From NCBI GenBank assembly GCA_001000865.1, contig LCIE01000002.1, positions 32,992-96,991 on the forward strand: DNA of 64,000 nt. Direction: 5' to 3'. The notes beneath the pieces are model-generated. The model did no database searches, was not told the DNA's origin, and saw only the letters and a program-made list of their open reading frames with translations. Each line of letters opens with the position of its first letter. Positions within the stretch are counted from its first letter, which is position 1. The position numbers and the translations under genes are program-made. Source of the stretch: Candidatus Collierbacteria bacterium GW2011_GWC2_44_18 (lineage in GTDB: Bacteria > Patescibacteriota > Microgenomatia > UBA1400 > MFAQ01). Shown in pieces: positions 1-8,572 of this stretch.

Positions 1-81
1 GTGGTCCTGGAAATTAAATCCGTCAATCGCTTCGGTCGTACAACTTTCAAAAAACTTCCCGTCACCATCATCTCTAAATAA
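1..81 (+). CDS. 3' end of a truncated upstream CDS (..VVLEIKSVNRFGRTTFKKLPVTIISK*)
   Basis: Open frame 1 ending in TAA at 79-81, followed by a REP-like element as seen after other genes. Confidence 0.55.
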   Translation: MVLEIKSVNRFGRTTFKKLPVTIISK

Positions 82-85
82 TCTC

Positions 86-112
86 GTCATTGCGAGGTAC
101 TCCGTGGCAATC
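86..112 (+). repeat. GTCATTGCG..GCAATC palindromic repeat (family A)
   Basis: gtcattgcgaggtactccgtggcaatc; same ends as many other copies in the window. Confidence 0.8.
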
Positions 113-134
113 CAGAAAATGATAATATAAATAC

Positions 135-434
135 ATGACCCTCCCTCAAATTGTGTCTCTAGTTTCTACGATTCTCCTGACTTCCGTGGCTCTGGTTGTC
201 GGTATTCAATTGATTTTTATCCTTAAAGAACTCCGCTATTCACTTTCCAAACTTAACCAAACGATCGACACTGTCTCGGATACTGTAGACAAGATTGCTC
301 AGCCAGCGCTTGGCCTATTTGCCATCTTGGAAGGTTTTAAAGAGAGTGGCAAAATCATCGAAACTGTTTCCCGTTTCTTTGGTAAAGAAAAGAATAAACC
401 TGAGGGTGAAGAAATCTATGACAACACCATCTGA
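135..434 (+). CDS. Small membrane-anchored coiled-coil protein (DUF948/YoxC-like)
   Basis: N-terminal TM helix then heptad region; lies upstream of a YtxH-like gene. Confidence 0.65.
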   Translation: MTLPQIVSLVSTILLTSVALVVGIQLIFILKELRYSLSKLNQTIDTVSDTVDKIAQPALGLFAILEGFKESGKIIETVSRFFGKEKNKPEGEEIYDNTI

Positions 435-777
435 AAAATCCGGTCATGAAGGTGCCCTGTCCTCGTTTACTGTAGGGGTTGCTTTTGGCGTGGTTGTCGC
501 CCTCCTCTTCGGTACGGAAGAAGGTCGGAAACTAGTCAAAAGAGCTTTGGACGCAATCCCTGATAAATACAAAACTCCACCAGTTCACATTCCCCAAAGC
601 GCGCCCAGGATTCCTATCATCCCCATAGAAGAAACCTCCCATCACACTACCTTCGACGAACCGGAACCTTCGGACTTCTTTCATAACACCCCTTTCGGTA
701 ACTCTTTTGGCGAAGCTCCACCACCTCCAGCCCCTCACGTTCGCCCTACCCGCCCCGAACCTTTCAAGCCCAATTAA
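418..777 (+). CDS. YtxH-like protein with Pro-rich tail
   Basis: FTVGVAFGVVVALLFGTEEGRKL motif; ATG 418 overlaps the end of the previous gene. Confidence 0.65.
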   Translation: MTTPSEKSGHEGALSSFTVGVAFGVVVALLFGTEEGRKLVKRALDAIPDKYKTPPVHIPQSAPRIPIIPIEETSHHTTFDEPEPSDFFHNTPFGNSFGEAPPPPAPHVRPTRPEPFKPN

Positions 778-784
778 CCATCCT

Positions 785-811
785 GTAGGGGCGGACCCCC
801 GTGTCCGCCCG
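785..811 (+). repeat. GTAG-type REP-like palindrome (family B)
   Basis: gtaggggcggacccccgtgtccgccc. Confidence 0.8.
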
Positions 812-845
812 CTAACCCCACCACCCTCGCAAACCACCCCATAGC

Positions 846-874
846 TTGACATCCAGCCTCATTTGTGGTACACT
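846..874 (+). promoter_or_regulatory. Sigma70-type promoter
   Basis: TTGACA(846)-17 nt-TACACT(869) with extended TG. Confidence 0.65.
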
Positions 875-921
875 CCACCAGTAACTTTCTCGATTCCACA
901 TTCTTTGACAAGGAGATACTC

Positions 922-1428
922 ATGCCCCAGTTAACTGGCAAACAGATTTTGGCCGCCCTTATGAAGGAACCTGAATATTCGGCTATGCCGGAGCAAATAT
1001 TGGCCGCGATGGAGCCGTTCATGCTCGCTCTCCCCGAGGTCTTGAAAGACCTTCTCGACACACCCGTCACCATGCGCTCCATCATGGACTCCAAACTGAT
1101 CTTCCTTCGCTATTGCATGGCAAATGACTACGTCAAAAAAACCATGACAGTCACTGAGGTAGGTCCCGCTGGAAAAGTCTTTAAGGTGGACTCGATGGCC
1201 GGTATGATGCAGTCGATGTTAGAATCGGTTATCGAAATGCTTGATGAGGCAACGAAGGACATTCCTGCTCTGCTCCGTGCACAGGGTCTGACCGAAGACC
1301 AGATGATGGCTCATCCCAAAGGTGTTGGCCTCAAGCCCGATCTCCTAAAGCGGTACCGTACAGGTAGCCTAACCATCGCCGACCTTCTCGTAAAACAGCC
1401 AATGGTGATCATCAAGAACACCAATTAG
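922..1428 (+). CDS. Orphan hypothetical protein (Met-rich, helical)
   Basis: AGGAG SD before ATG 922, own promoter and terminator; no motif recognised. Confidence 0.7.
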   Translation: MPQLTGKQILAALMKEPEYSAMPEQILAAMEPFMLALPEVLKDLLDTPVTMRSIMDSKLIFLRYCMANDYVKKTMTVTEVGPAGKVFKVDSMAGMMQSMLESVIEMLDEATKDIPALLRAQGLTEDQMMAHPKGVGLKPDLLKRYRTGSLTIADLLVKQPMVIIKNTN

Positions 1429-1442
1429 CTATCCAATCGCCA

Positions 1443-1478
1443 AAAAGCGCCACCCAAACGGGGGGGCGCTTTTCTTTT
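1443..1478 (+). terminator. Rho-independent terminator
   Basis: aaaagcgcc..ggcgcttttctttt hairpin plus U tract. Confidence 0.7.
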
Positions 1479-1489
1479 GTCCCCACCTC

Positions 1490-1525
1490 GTCATTGCGGT
1501 TCGGAATACCGAAACTCGCAATGAC
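1490..1525. repeat. Family A element with both inverted ends
   Basis: GTCATTGCG...CGCAATGAC. Confidence 0.75.
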
Positions 1526-1586
1526 AATCTTTTTGCATAGAAGCCAAGTCTAAAACACCCATCCTTGCTATATAATTTGTCTGAAC

Positions 1587-3422
1587 ATGACCATACACGA
1601 CATTCGCCAAAAATACTTCGACTTCATGGAATCGAAGGGGCACAAAATCATTCCTTCTAGTCCACTGGTCTTGGAAGGCGATGCCACCACTCTTTTTACC
1701 TCCTCCGGCATGCAGCCGATGATGCCCTATTTACTTGGTCAAAAACATCCGTTGGGTACCAGACTTGTTGATTCTCAAAAATGTTTTCGTTCTCAAGATA
1801 TCGACGAAGTCGGGGATAACCGCCACACCACTTTTTTTGAAATGCTCGGCAACTGGTCTCTTGGCGATTACTTCAAAAAAGAACAGCTAGGTTTCTTTTT
1901 CGCTTTTTTAACCGACAAAAAACTTGGCCTCGGTCTTGATCCGCATCGTCTCTATGTTTCCGTTTTTGCCGGCGGTTCCGGTGTCGAGAAAGATGATGAT
2001 GCCGTCATGATTTGGAAAAATCTCTTTGCCAAAGTCGGTATCCAGGCCAAAGAAGGTCAGCAGATTTTCCCTTACCCAGCCAAAAAGAACTGGTGGTCTC
2101 GCGCCGGCACTCCGGAACAAATGCCAACGGGGGAACCGGGTGGTCCTGATAGTGAAGTCTTCTTTGATTTTGGAGTCGAGAGAAAACTCCACGAAAACTC
2201 CCAGTGGAAAAACGAACCATGTCATATCAATTGTGATTGTGGGCGCTATGTCGAGATCGGTAACAATGTTTTTATGCAATATGTCAAACAGGCCGATGGA
2301 ACTCTCAAAGAACTTCCTCAAAAAAATATCGATTTTGGTGGTGGTCTTACTCGTCTAGAAGCAGCTATGAGAAATGATCCGGATATGTTCAACATTTCTT
2401 CTCTTGCGCCGGTGATCAAAGAAGTCGAAAAAATTTCCGCACATTCTTATTCCGTCGAGGAACACCGACCCTCGATGCGCGTCATTGCTGATCACCTTAC
2501 CGCAGCATCTTTCTTGATTAAGGATGGTGTTTTCCCGAGTAACAAGGGCCAGGGTTACGTCCTTCGCCGTCTTCTCCGCCGGGCGGCCATCAAGCTCTAT
2601 TTCTTAACCGACAATCGAGACTCGATTGTTATGTTGCCTGACATAGTCCGGGTGATCACCGAGTTTTACGACGATCTGTATTTTAATCCCGGCGATTTTC
2701 CCTTGATTCAAAATACAATTACCGTCGAGATCTCCAGGTTTAGTCATTCACTCGATCGAGGCCTCAAAGAACTCCAAAAGAATCCGCAGGTAGACGGCAA
2801 ATTCGCCTTCGATCTCTATCAAAATTATGGTTTTCCATTAGAGGTCACCGCCGAAATACTTTCCCAAATGGGCAAACAGGTCGATATTCAGCAGTTTCAA
2901 AAAGAATTTGAAAAACACAAAGAGCTCAGCCGCACCGCCTCTGCCGGCATGTTCAGAGGTGGCTTAGCCGACCACTCTGATGTCGTCACTGCCTATCACA
3001 CCGCCACCCATCTGTTGCATGCAGCTCTACGACAAATATTAGGTACTCACATCCAGCAAAAGGGCAGTAATATCACCTCCGAAAGATTGAGGTTTGATTT
3101 TTCTCACCCGGAAAAATTATCCGAAGTCCAAATCAAAGTGGTCCAAAATTTAATTAATCAAAAAATTTCCGAGAGACTTACCGTTACTAAAGAAGAACTC
3201 CCCAAAGAAAAAGCTTTGACTCAAGGTGCCCTTGCTTTTTTCGGTCAAAAATATCCAGATCAGGTCACTGTATATACTATTGGAGATAGGAAAAATTTCT
3301 TTTCCAAAGAGCTCTGTGGCGGACCGCATGTGGAAAGTCTGGCAGAACTTGCTAAGATAAATATAGTCAAACAAGAATCTCTTGGAGCCGGAACGCGCCG
3401 TCTCTATTTACAATTTGTTTGA
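1587..3422 (+). CDS. alaS: Alanine--tRNA ligase (short form, no C-Ala domain)
   Basis: TLFTSSGMQP, HTTFFEMLGNWS, HTATHLLHAALR and ELCGGPHV editing motifs. Confidence 0.97.
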   Translation: MTIHDIRQKYFDFMESKGHKIIPSSPLVLEGDATTLFTSSGMQPMMPYLLGQKHPLGTRLVDSQKCFRSQDIDEVGDNRHTTFFEMLGNWSLGDYFKKEQLGFFFAFLTDKKLGLGLDPHRLYVSVFAGGSGVEKDDDAVMIWKNLFAKVGIQAKEGQQIFPYPAKKNWWSRAGTPEQMPTGEPGGPDSEVFFDFGVERKLHENSQWKNEPCHINCDCGRYVEIGNNVFMQYVKQADGTLKELPQKNIDFGGGLTRLEAAMRNDPDMFNISSLAPVIKEVEKISAHSYSVEEHRPSMRVIADHLTAASFLIKDGVFPSNKGQGYVLRRLLRRAAIKLYFLTDNRDSIVMLPDIVRVITEFYDDLYFNPGDFPLIQNTITVEISRFSHSLDRGLKELQKNPQVDGKFAFDLYQNYGFPLEVTAEILSQMGKQVDIQQFQKEFEKHKELSRTASAGMFRGGLADHSDVVTAYHTATHLLHAALRQILGTHIQQKGSNITSERLRFDFSHPEKLSEVQIKVVQNLINQKISERLTVTKEELPKEKALTQGALAFFGQKYPDQVTVYTIGDRKNFFSKELCGGPHVESLAELAKINIVKQESLGAGTRRLYLQFV

Positions 3423-3446
3423 CAAGTCCCGGAGCCAGAATATTTT

Positions 3447-5546
3447 TTGGCTGTCGAGATTCATGAGTCACTGATCAAAACTGCCCTGTGGGAGATTCTT
3501 GAAGGCCAGCCGGAAATTATAAATGTTGGTTCATACGAATCGTGGACCGACGAAGAATCCCTTATCAACGGAGTCGATTCATCTTTGGATCAAGCAATCA
3601 AGGTTATCAAAGGCCAGCCCAAAAGAGTCATCTTTGGTTTGCCTGATTCCTGGATGGAGCTGGACAAAATTCATGCCACCAAAACTAAATTAATTACCCA
3701 TCTCTGCAAAGAACTGGGCCTCGATCCGATTGGGGTGGTTACCACCAACCGTGCTGTTGCCCACTACCTCAAAAAGAGGGAGGGCATGCCGCCGACTGTT
3801 GTTCTTCTTGAAGTCTATACTTCCAAGGTTGCCGTTTCCTATGTCTACCTTGGCGAAGTCAAGCAAACTGAAGAAGCCGCCCGGTCCGGAGACCTAGCCC
3901 ACGATGTCGAAGAGGGCTTAACCAGAATGGACCTGCCCAATTACCCTGCCAGATTTATTCTAACTAACGGTAACAGTCTAGAAGAGGAGTCCCAGCAAAT
4001 CACGGCTTTTCCCTGGACAGACAGACTACCCTTTAAGCACATTCCCAAAGTCGAGGTCCTTCCAATTGATTTTTCTATCAAAGCTATTGCTTTGACGGGC
4101 GGGGTCGAAGCCGTTCAGTTTTTGGGTCTTGAGGTTACCGAAGATAAAACTGTCGTCAAATCATCTGATGACGATTCCAATTTGGTTATCCCGGTCGAAA
4201 CCCCCTCTACCATGGAAGAGCTGGGTTTTGCCTACGAAGAAACTTCTGCCCCAGCCACAATTCCCATGGCTCCAACGACACTAGAAGTTGTCTCCGACGA
4301 CGGTTCTTCCCCAGAGACGTCCAACGACGAACCAGAGTTTGCCTTTTCTGGTGATGAGGCTGACCTTTCTCCAACGAAAAAACCCCATCTTAATTTTGTT
4401 CTTCCAGTTCTTCCTCGTTTCAAATCTCTCCACTTTCCCCATTTAAATTATCTTTTTTTGTTTACAGTTCCTGTCATCCTCGTTCTCGGTTTCCTCGCCT
4501 ACCTCTTTTTTGGTCAAGCTCAGCTCACGATCCATTTTGATCCGCAAAAAATAAATAAACAGTTGGGAATAGCCATTGCCGAAACTACTCTACCGGGAAT
4601 TCCTACTCTAATTGCTTCCAAGAAGACCTTTACCGGTTCCGCGCAAGAATCAATCTCCACAACCGGCACGGCTACTGTCGGTGATAAAGCCACTGGTACG
4701 ATCACCATTGCGAACAAAACGACAGTGCCAATCATTTTAAAATCAGGATCTACAGTAAAAAATGATACAGGTAAATACACATTTGTTCTGCAGGACGATG
4801 TCACTATTGCTTCTGCCAGCGCACTTGATAACACGAAAGCTGCGGGTGTCAAAGTTACCGCTGTGAAAATCGGCGCTGAATATAATTTACTTAAAGGAAC
4901 TGTTTTCAGTGTTGGTGACTATCTCAAATCAGTCGCGGCCGCCGTTTCCGAAGCAGATTTTGCCGGTGGTACCTCTCGCACTGTAAACGCCGTTTCCAAA
5001 GACGACCAGGATAAACTTTTGTCCATCGCCACCGAAAAAATAAAAACCAAGGTTCAAGGTGATTCGCAAGCGGCCAATCCGGGATTCAAAACTTTGCCTT
5101 TTTCCGATATTCAATTTACCAAAAAGCAGTTCGACCACAACCTTTCCGAAGAGGCCGCGACAGTGAGTTTAATTTTGGAAGGTTCTCTTGATGCCCTTGT
5201 TTACTCCGAGGATAGTCTCTACAACCTAGCCATAGGGGAGATCCAAAGCCAAATCCCAGCAGGTTCATTTACCAAAAAGGAAACAACTACTGTGAGCCTA
5301 GACAATCCCGCCAAGACCGATGGTCGGTACCAATCAAAAGTTACCATCGAGACCACTCTTTATCCGCAAATAGATGAGCAAAAAATGGCCGAATTTGTTA
5401 AAGGAAAACTCGTTTCCGGTATTCGCCACTTTTTTGAACCCATTCCCGGCTTTACCGGTCTGGATATAAAAATATTTCCTCCAATTCCTTTAATTACCAA
5501 GATTCTGCCGTTTCGAAACATTACTTTCGACCTGGTTAGCAATTGA
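3447..5546 (+). CDS. CPR-type membrane protein with C-terminal baseplate-J-like beta domain; start uncertain
   Basis: Central TM; GDKATGTITIAN, GAEYNL and FAGGTSR motifs typical of this family. Confidence 0.65.
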   Translation: MAVEIHESLIKTALWEILEGQPEIINVGSYESWTDEESLINGVDSSLDQAIKVIKGQPKRVIFGLPDSWMELDKIHATKTKLITHLCKELGLDPIGVVTTNRAVAHYLKKREGMPPTVVLLEVYTSKVAVSYVYLGEVKQTEEAARSGDLAHDVEEGLTRMDLPNYPARFILTNGNSLEEESQQITAFPWTDRLPFKHIPKVEVLPIDFSIKAIALTGGVEAVQFLGLEVTEDKTVVKSSDDDSNLVIPVETPSTMEELGFAYEETSAPATIPMAPTTLEVVSDDGSSPETSNDEPEFAFSGDEADLSPTKKPHLNFVLPVLPRFKSLHFPHLNYLFLFTVPVILVLGFLAYLFFGQAQLTIHFDPQKINKQLGIAIAETTLPGIPTLIASKKTFTGSAQESISTTGTATVGDKATGTITIANKTTVPIILKSGSTVKNDTGKYTFVLQDDVTIASASALDNTKAAGVKVTAVKIGAEYNLLKGTVFSVGDYLKSVAAAVSEADFAGGTSRTVNAVSKDDQDKLLSIATEKIKTKVQGDSQAANPGFKTLPFSDIQFTKKQFDHNLSEEAATVSLILEGSLDALVYSEDSLYNLAIGEIQSQIPAGSFTKKETTTVSLDNPAKTDGRYQSKVTIETTLYPQIDEQKMAEFVKGKLVSGIRHFFEPIPGFTGLDIKIFPPIPLITKILPFRNITFDLVSN

Positions 5547-5548
5547 TA

Positions 5549-6310
5549 ATGTTATACAGCTATCGCAAGGCCACTCTGGATAACCCTCATCCTGGCAGGC
5601 GTATCCCCCATTACTTAAAGACCCTTCCGACTTTAGTGTCTGCCCTGGGGTTGGGGATTCTCGCTGGCGTTGCTTATCCCGTAGTCAGTTATCAGTTCAA
5701 AGACATAAAACTATTTAGTTCTTCTGATTCCGGTTTACTTTCCCCGGCTTATTACCAATCAAAAGCGGAAAATAGTTCTTCCCCCGTAATCATCAACGGT
5801 TTGGATTACACAAAAGCCAGTAACTGGTTCCCGGGAAGCATTCAAAACGAATTTTTTTCTGTCCCGACAACAGTTACAGAAGTTACAGATAATTCTCCGG
5901 ATTCATACACTCTTTCTATACCCTCACTCGGAATCATAAATGCCCAAGTCGCCATCCGAGACGAAGACCTAACCAAGCATTTGGTGCAGTACCCCCAGAC
6001 GGCTCTTCCCGGCCAAATTGGTTCTCCGGTCATCTTCGGCCATTCCACTCTGCCCCAGTTCTTTGATCCCAAAAAATATACCACAATCTTTTCTACTCTA
6101 CCAAAGGTTAAAGTTGGCTCCGATATTTTTATTACTTATGACGGCATAGAGTATACCTATCGCATCACCAAGACATTTGAGGTCAAACCAAATGAGTTGT
6201 GGGTTCTCAGGCAGGATTACTCGGACAAAAACCTCAAAGTCATTACTTGTGTCCCTCCAGGTACCACCCTACGCCGCCTCGTGGTCGAAGGTACTCTTAT
6301 CAACAACTAA
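5549..6310 (+). CDS. Sortase
   Basis: N-terminal TM, VIFGHS (His) and ITCVPPGTTLRRLVV (Cys/Arg). Confidence 0.9.
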   Translation: MLYSYRKATLDNPHPGRRIPHYLKTLPTLVSALGLGILAGVAYPVVSYQFKDIKLFSSSDSGLLSPAYYQSKAENSSSPVIINGLDYTKASNWFPGSIQNEFFSVPTTVTEVTDNSPDSYTLSIPSLGIINAQVAIRDEDLTKHLVQYPQTALPGQIGSPVIFGHSTLPQFFDPKKYTTIFSTLPKVKVGSDIFITYDGIEYTYRITKTFEVKPNELWVLRQDYSDKNLKVITCVPPGTTLRRLVVEGTLINN

Positions 6311-6344
6311 CGCCCTCCTGCGGAACGTCCTTTATAATACTCTT

Positions 6345-6734
6345 ATGTCCATTCTTTGCCTCGACCTGGGTACCGCCCACACCGGCATTGCCATCTCCCA
6401 AGAGGGGATACTTGCCACACCTATCGCCACAGTCTACGAAAAAGATGTCAACCAATTGGTCTCCAAGCTATTACCTTATTTATCAAAACATAATCCTGAC
6501 AAAATTATTATAGGTGTGCCGGAATATGGACCAATAGTCAAGTTTGCGACTGATTTAAGTGAAAAGATTTACGCCATCTTTCCCAAAGAGATAACTTTTT
6601 TCAGGGAAGACCTCAGCTCTCACACTGCCAGAAATGTCATGAAGGCACAAGGGAAAACTTTGGTCAGACGCAAAAAAGAAGAACACCAAACCGCCGCCGC
6701 CCTCATCCTCCAAGACTACCTCGACTCCCTCTAA
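6345..6734 (+). CDS. ruvX: RuvX/YqgF resolvase-like pre-16S rRNA nuclease
   Basis: LCLDLGTAHTGIAIS, EDLSS and AAALILQDYLD motifs. Confidence 0.9.
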   Translation: MSILCLDLGTAHTGIAISQEGILATPIATVYEKDVNQLVSKLLPYLSKHNPDKIIIGVPEYGPIVKFATDLSEKIYAIFPKEITFFREDLSSHTARNVMKAQGKTLVRRKKEEHQTAAALILQDYLDSL

Positions 6735-6737
6735 CCC

Positions 6738-6763
6738 GTCATTGCGAGCGAAGCGCGGCAATC
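6738..6763 (+). repeat. Family A palindrome
   Basis: gtcattgcgagcgaagcgcggcaatc. Confidence 0.8.
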
Positions 6764-6786
6764 CAGAATTTTGGTACAATCTAGTT

Positions 6787-6993
6787 ATGTTCAAGAATAT
6801 TATTGCTCCGGTACAAGCCTGGCTTCTCTCACGAGGTGTTTGCGTCGGTTGCGGCACCCCTCTAACAGATGGCCAAAGCAAACCTTCAACCAAGGTCAAA
6901 GATTGCGATCAAGTTACCTGCAAATGCGGTCGGGTTTTTGTTTACAACCCCAAGACAAACACCTATCGCCGTGCTCTCCTGAGCGAAATATAA
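6787..6993 (+). CDS. Small zinc-ribbon protein
   Basis: CVGC...CKCG Cys pairs; TACAAT 6 nt upstream of the ATG. Confidence 0.7.
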   Translation: MFKNIIAPVQAWLLSRGVCVGCGTPLTDGQSKPSTKVKDCDQVTCKCGRVFVYNPKTNTYRRALLSEI

Positions 6994-6998
6994 AATTT

Positions 6999-7985
6999 AT
7001 GTTTAAGCGATTTTTCACCGCTTTAACCCTACTTACCATTTTGTTCCTTACGTGGTATTTTCAGTCGGTTCAGCCCGTTACTCACGATGCAGGCACTATG
7101 GTAGATTTTGAAGTTAAACCTGGTGCTGGGGTAGACAGAATCGCCAATGACCTGAGTAGTGTCCGCCTTATCCGTTCTCGTATCGGTTTCAAAATCACTA
7201 TTATTCGCCTAGGGGTTGCCAACAAAATTCAGGCTGGCCTTTTTCGGCTTTCACCTTCCATGAGTGCGACAGAGCTGGCAGAGGCTCTCACTCATGCTTA
7301 TGCCCGTCAAATCCGAGTCACTATTCCCGAAGGGTTACGTAGCGAAGAGATAAATTCCATCCTCGACAAAGCTTTCAACAAGCTTGAGGGGAGCAATTAC
7401 AATCCACTGCAGTTCACTTCACTAACTCGTGGAAAAGAAGGCCATTTATTCCCCGATACCTACGATTTCGTTCCTGAAGCATCGGCTTCCGATGTCGTAA
7501 GGCGCCTCACCGGTAGATTTGATGAGGTTGTCTCTAACTTGAAAATCTCAGAGCAAAATCTTCCAAAAGTATTGATCTTGGCTTCACTGCTCGAAAGGGA
7601 AGCCGCCAACTCAACCGAGATGCCTTTGGTCGCAGGAGTCATAACCAAAAGATTAAATATTGGCATGGCCCTACAAATAGACGCTACTGTTCAATACGCT
7701 TTGGGATCGATCCGCTGTAAACAGATTAATTGTGATTGGTGGAAAAAAAGTTTAACCACAGAAGATCTCAAGATAAACTCACCCTTCAATACCTACCAAA
7801 ATCCCGGACTTCCCCCATCTCCTATTTCAAATCCCGGCAAAGATGCCCTTTCTGCCGCCACCAATCCGGTTGTCGGTTCAGCTCTGTATTATCTCCACGA
7901 CTCCACCGGCAAAATCCATTTTGCCGACTCTTTGCCTCAACATAATCAAAACATCTGCACTTATCTCAAAAAAGATTGTAAATAA
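6999..7985 (+). CDS. mltG: Endolytic transglycosylase MltG
   Basis: VTIPEG, EGHLFPDTY, LASLLEREA, LQIDATVQY, SPFNTY..PGLPPSPISNPG. Confidence 0.95.
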   Translation: MFKRFFTALTLLTILFLTWYFQSVQPVTHDAGTMVDFEVKPGAGVDRIANDLSSVRLIRSRIGFKITIIRLGVANKIQAGLFRLSPSMSATELAEALTHAYARQIRVTIPEGLRSEEINSILDKAFNKLEGSNYNPLQFTSLTRGKEGHLFPDTYDFVPEASASDVVRRLTGRFDEVVSNLKISEQNLPKVLILASLLEREAANSTEMPLVAGVITKRLNIGMALQIDATVQYALGSIRCKQINCDWWKKSLTTEDLKINSPFNTYQNPGLPPSPISNPGKDALSAATNPVVGSALYYLHDSTGKIHFADSLPQHNQNICTYLKKDCK

Positions 7986-7989
7986 CGTC

Positions 7990-8099
7990 GTCATTGCCTT
8001 TTGTAGGGGCGGACCCCCGCGTCCGCCCGCAAACCACCAATTGTCATTGCGAATCTCGGTACTCCGAGCCCTGCCTGCCGGCAGGCAGGTGTGGCAATC
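7990..8099 (+). repeat. Composite repeat cluster (family A fragment, family B, and family A with nested CCTGCCTGCCGGCAGGCAGG)
   Basis: GTAG element 8003-8028; family A 8043-8099 containing a perfect 20-nt palindrome at 8070-8089. Confidence 0.8.
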
Positions 8100-8152
8100 T
8101 CACTCCAACCACTAAAAAACCGGCATGCACTTCTGCACACCGGTTAAGTTCA

Positions 8153-8404
8153 TCAAATCAGCCAAAATCTCAGCGACTCTTTTAGCTTTGAGTAAGCCAC
8201 TTCAAAGGAGAGGTTCCCATTTACCATCATTAGCTTGATGTTGCGCCAAATCATTGAGTACATGAAAACAATTCGGACGCCAGTAATAACAAATATAATC
8301 CCCACTGCCCAGAAGCCCCACAGATGGAGTATCGTCACTGCCAAGGCTAAGATTCCAGATCTGAACAATAAAGTTAACACCACACTTTGCCAGAATTTTT
8401 TCAA
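8153..8404 (-). CDS. Orphan small 2-TM membrane protein
   Basis: TTG start after AGGAGG; TATAAT upstream; hairpin at 8114-8146 downstream. Confidence 0.6.
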   Translation of the reverse strand: MKKFWQSVVLTLLFRSGILALAVTILHLWGFWAVGIIFVITGVRIVFMYSMIWRNIKLMMVNGNLSFEVAYSKLKESLRFWLI

Positions 8405-8447
8405 TGTAGCCTCCTAAATTCAGAATTACCTATTATACAACTCCGTG

Positions 8448-8476
8448 TTGACAGCAAGCTATTTCAGCCTTATACT
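8448..8476 (+). promoter_or_regulatory. rpoBC promoter
   Basis: TTGACA-17 nt-TATACT; leader hairpin at 8491-8523. Confidence 0.75.
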
Positions 8477-8572
8477 ACATACACTGCTCTAAACTTGGCT
8501 GGGCTTTTTGCCAGTCAGGTTTTTGTATGTTGTCCATTGTTATTTACTCCTGCCTAAATCCAAAAAATCCGG

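Noticed and set aside
3420-3422. UGA recoding (genetic code 25 or 4)
   Set aside because: rpoC, recA, rplX and alaS end at TGA at their expected C-termini, and no conserved gene has an internal TGA.
3447-5546. Prophage or contractile tail locus suggested by the baseplate-J-like domain
   Set aside because: No other phage genes are nearby; it is a membrane-anchored protein in a housekeeping context.
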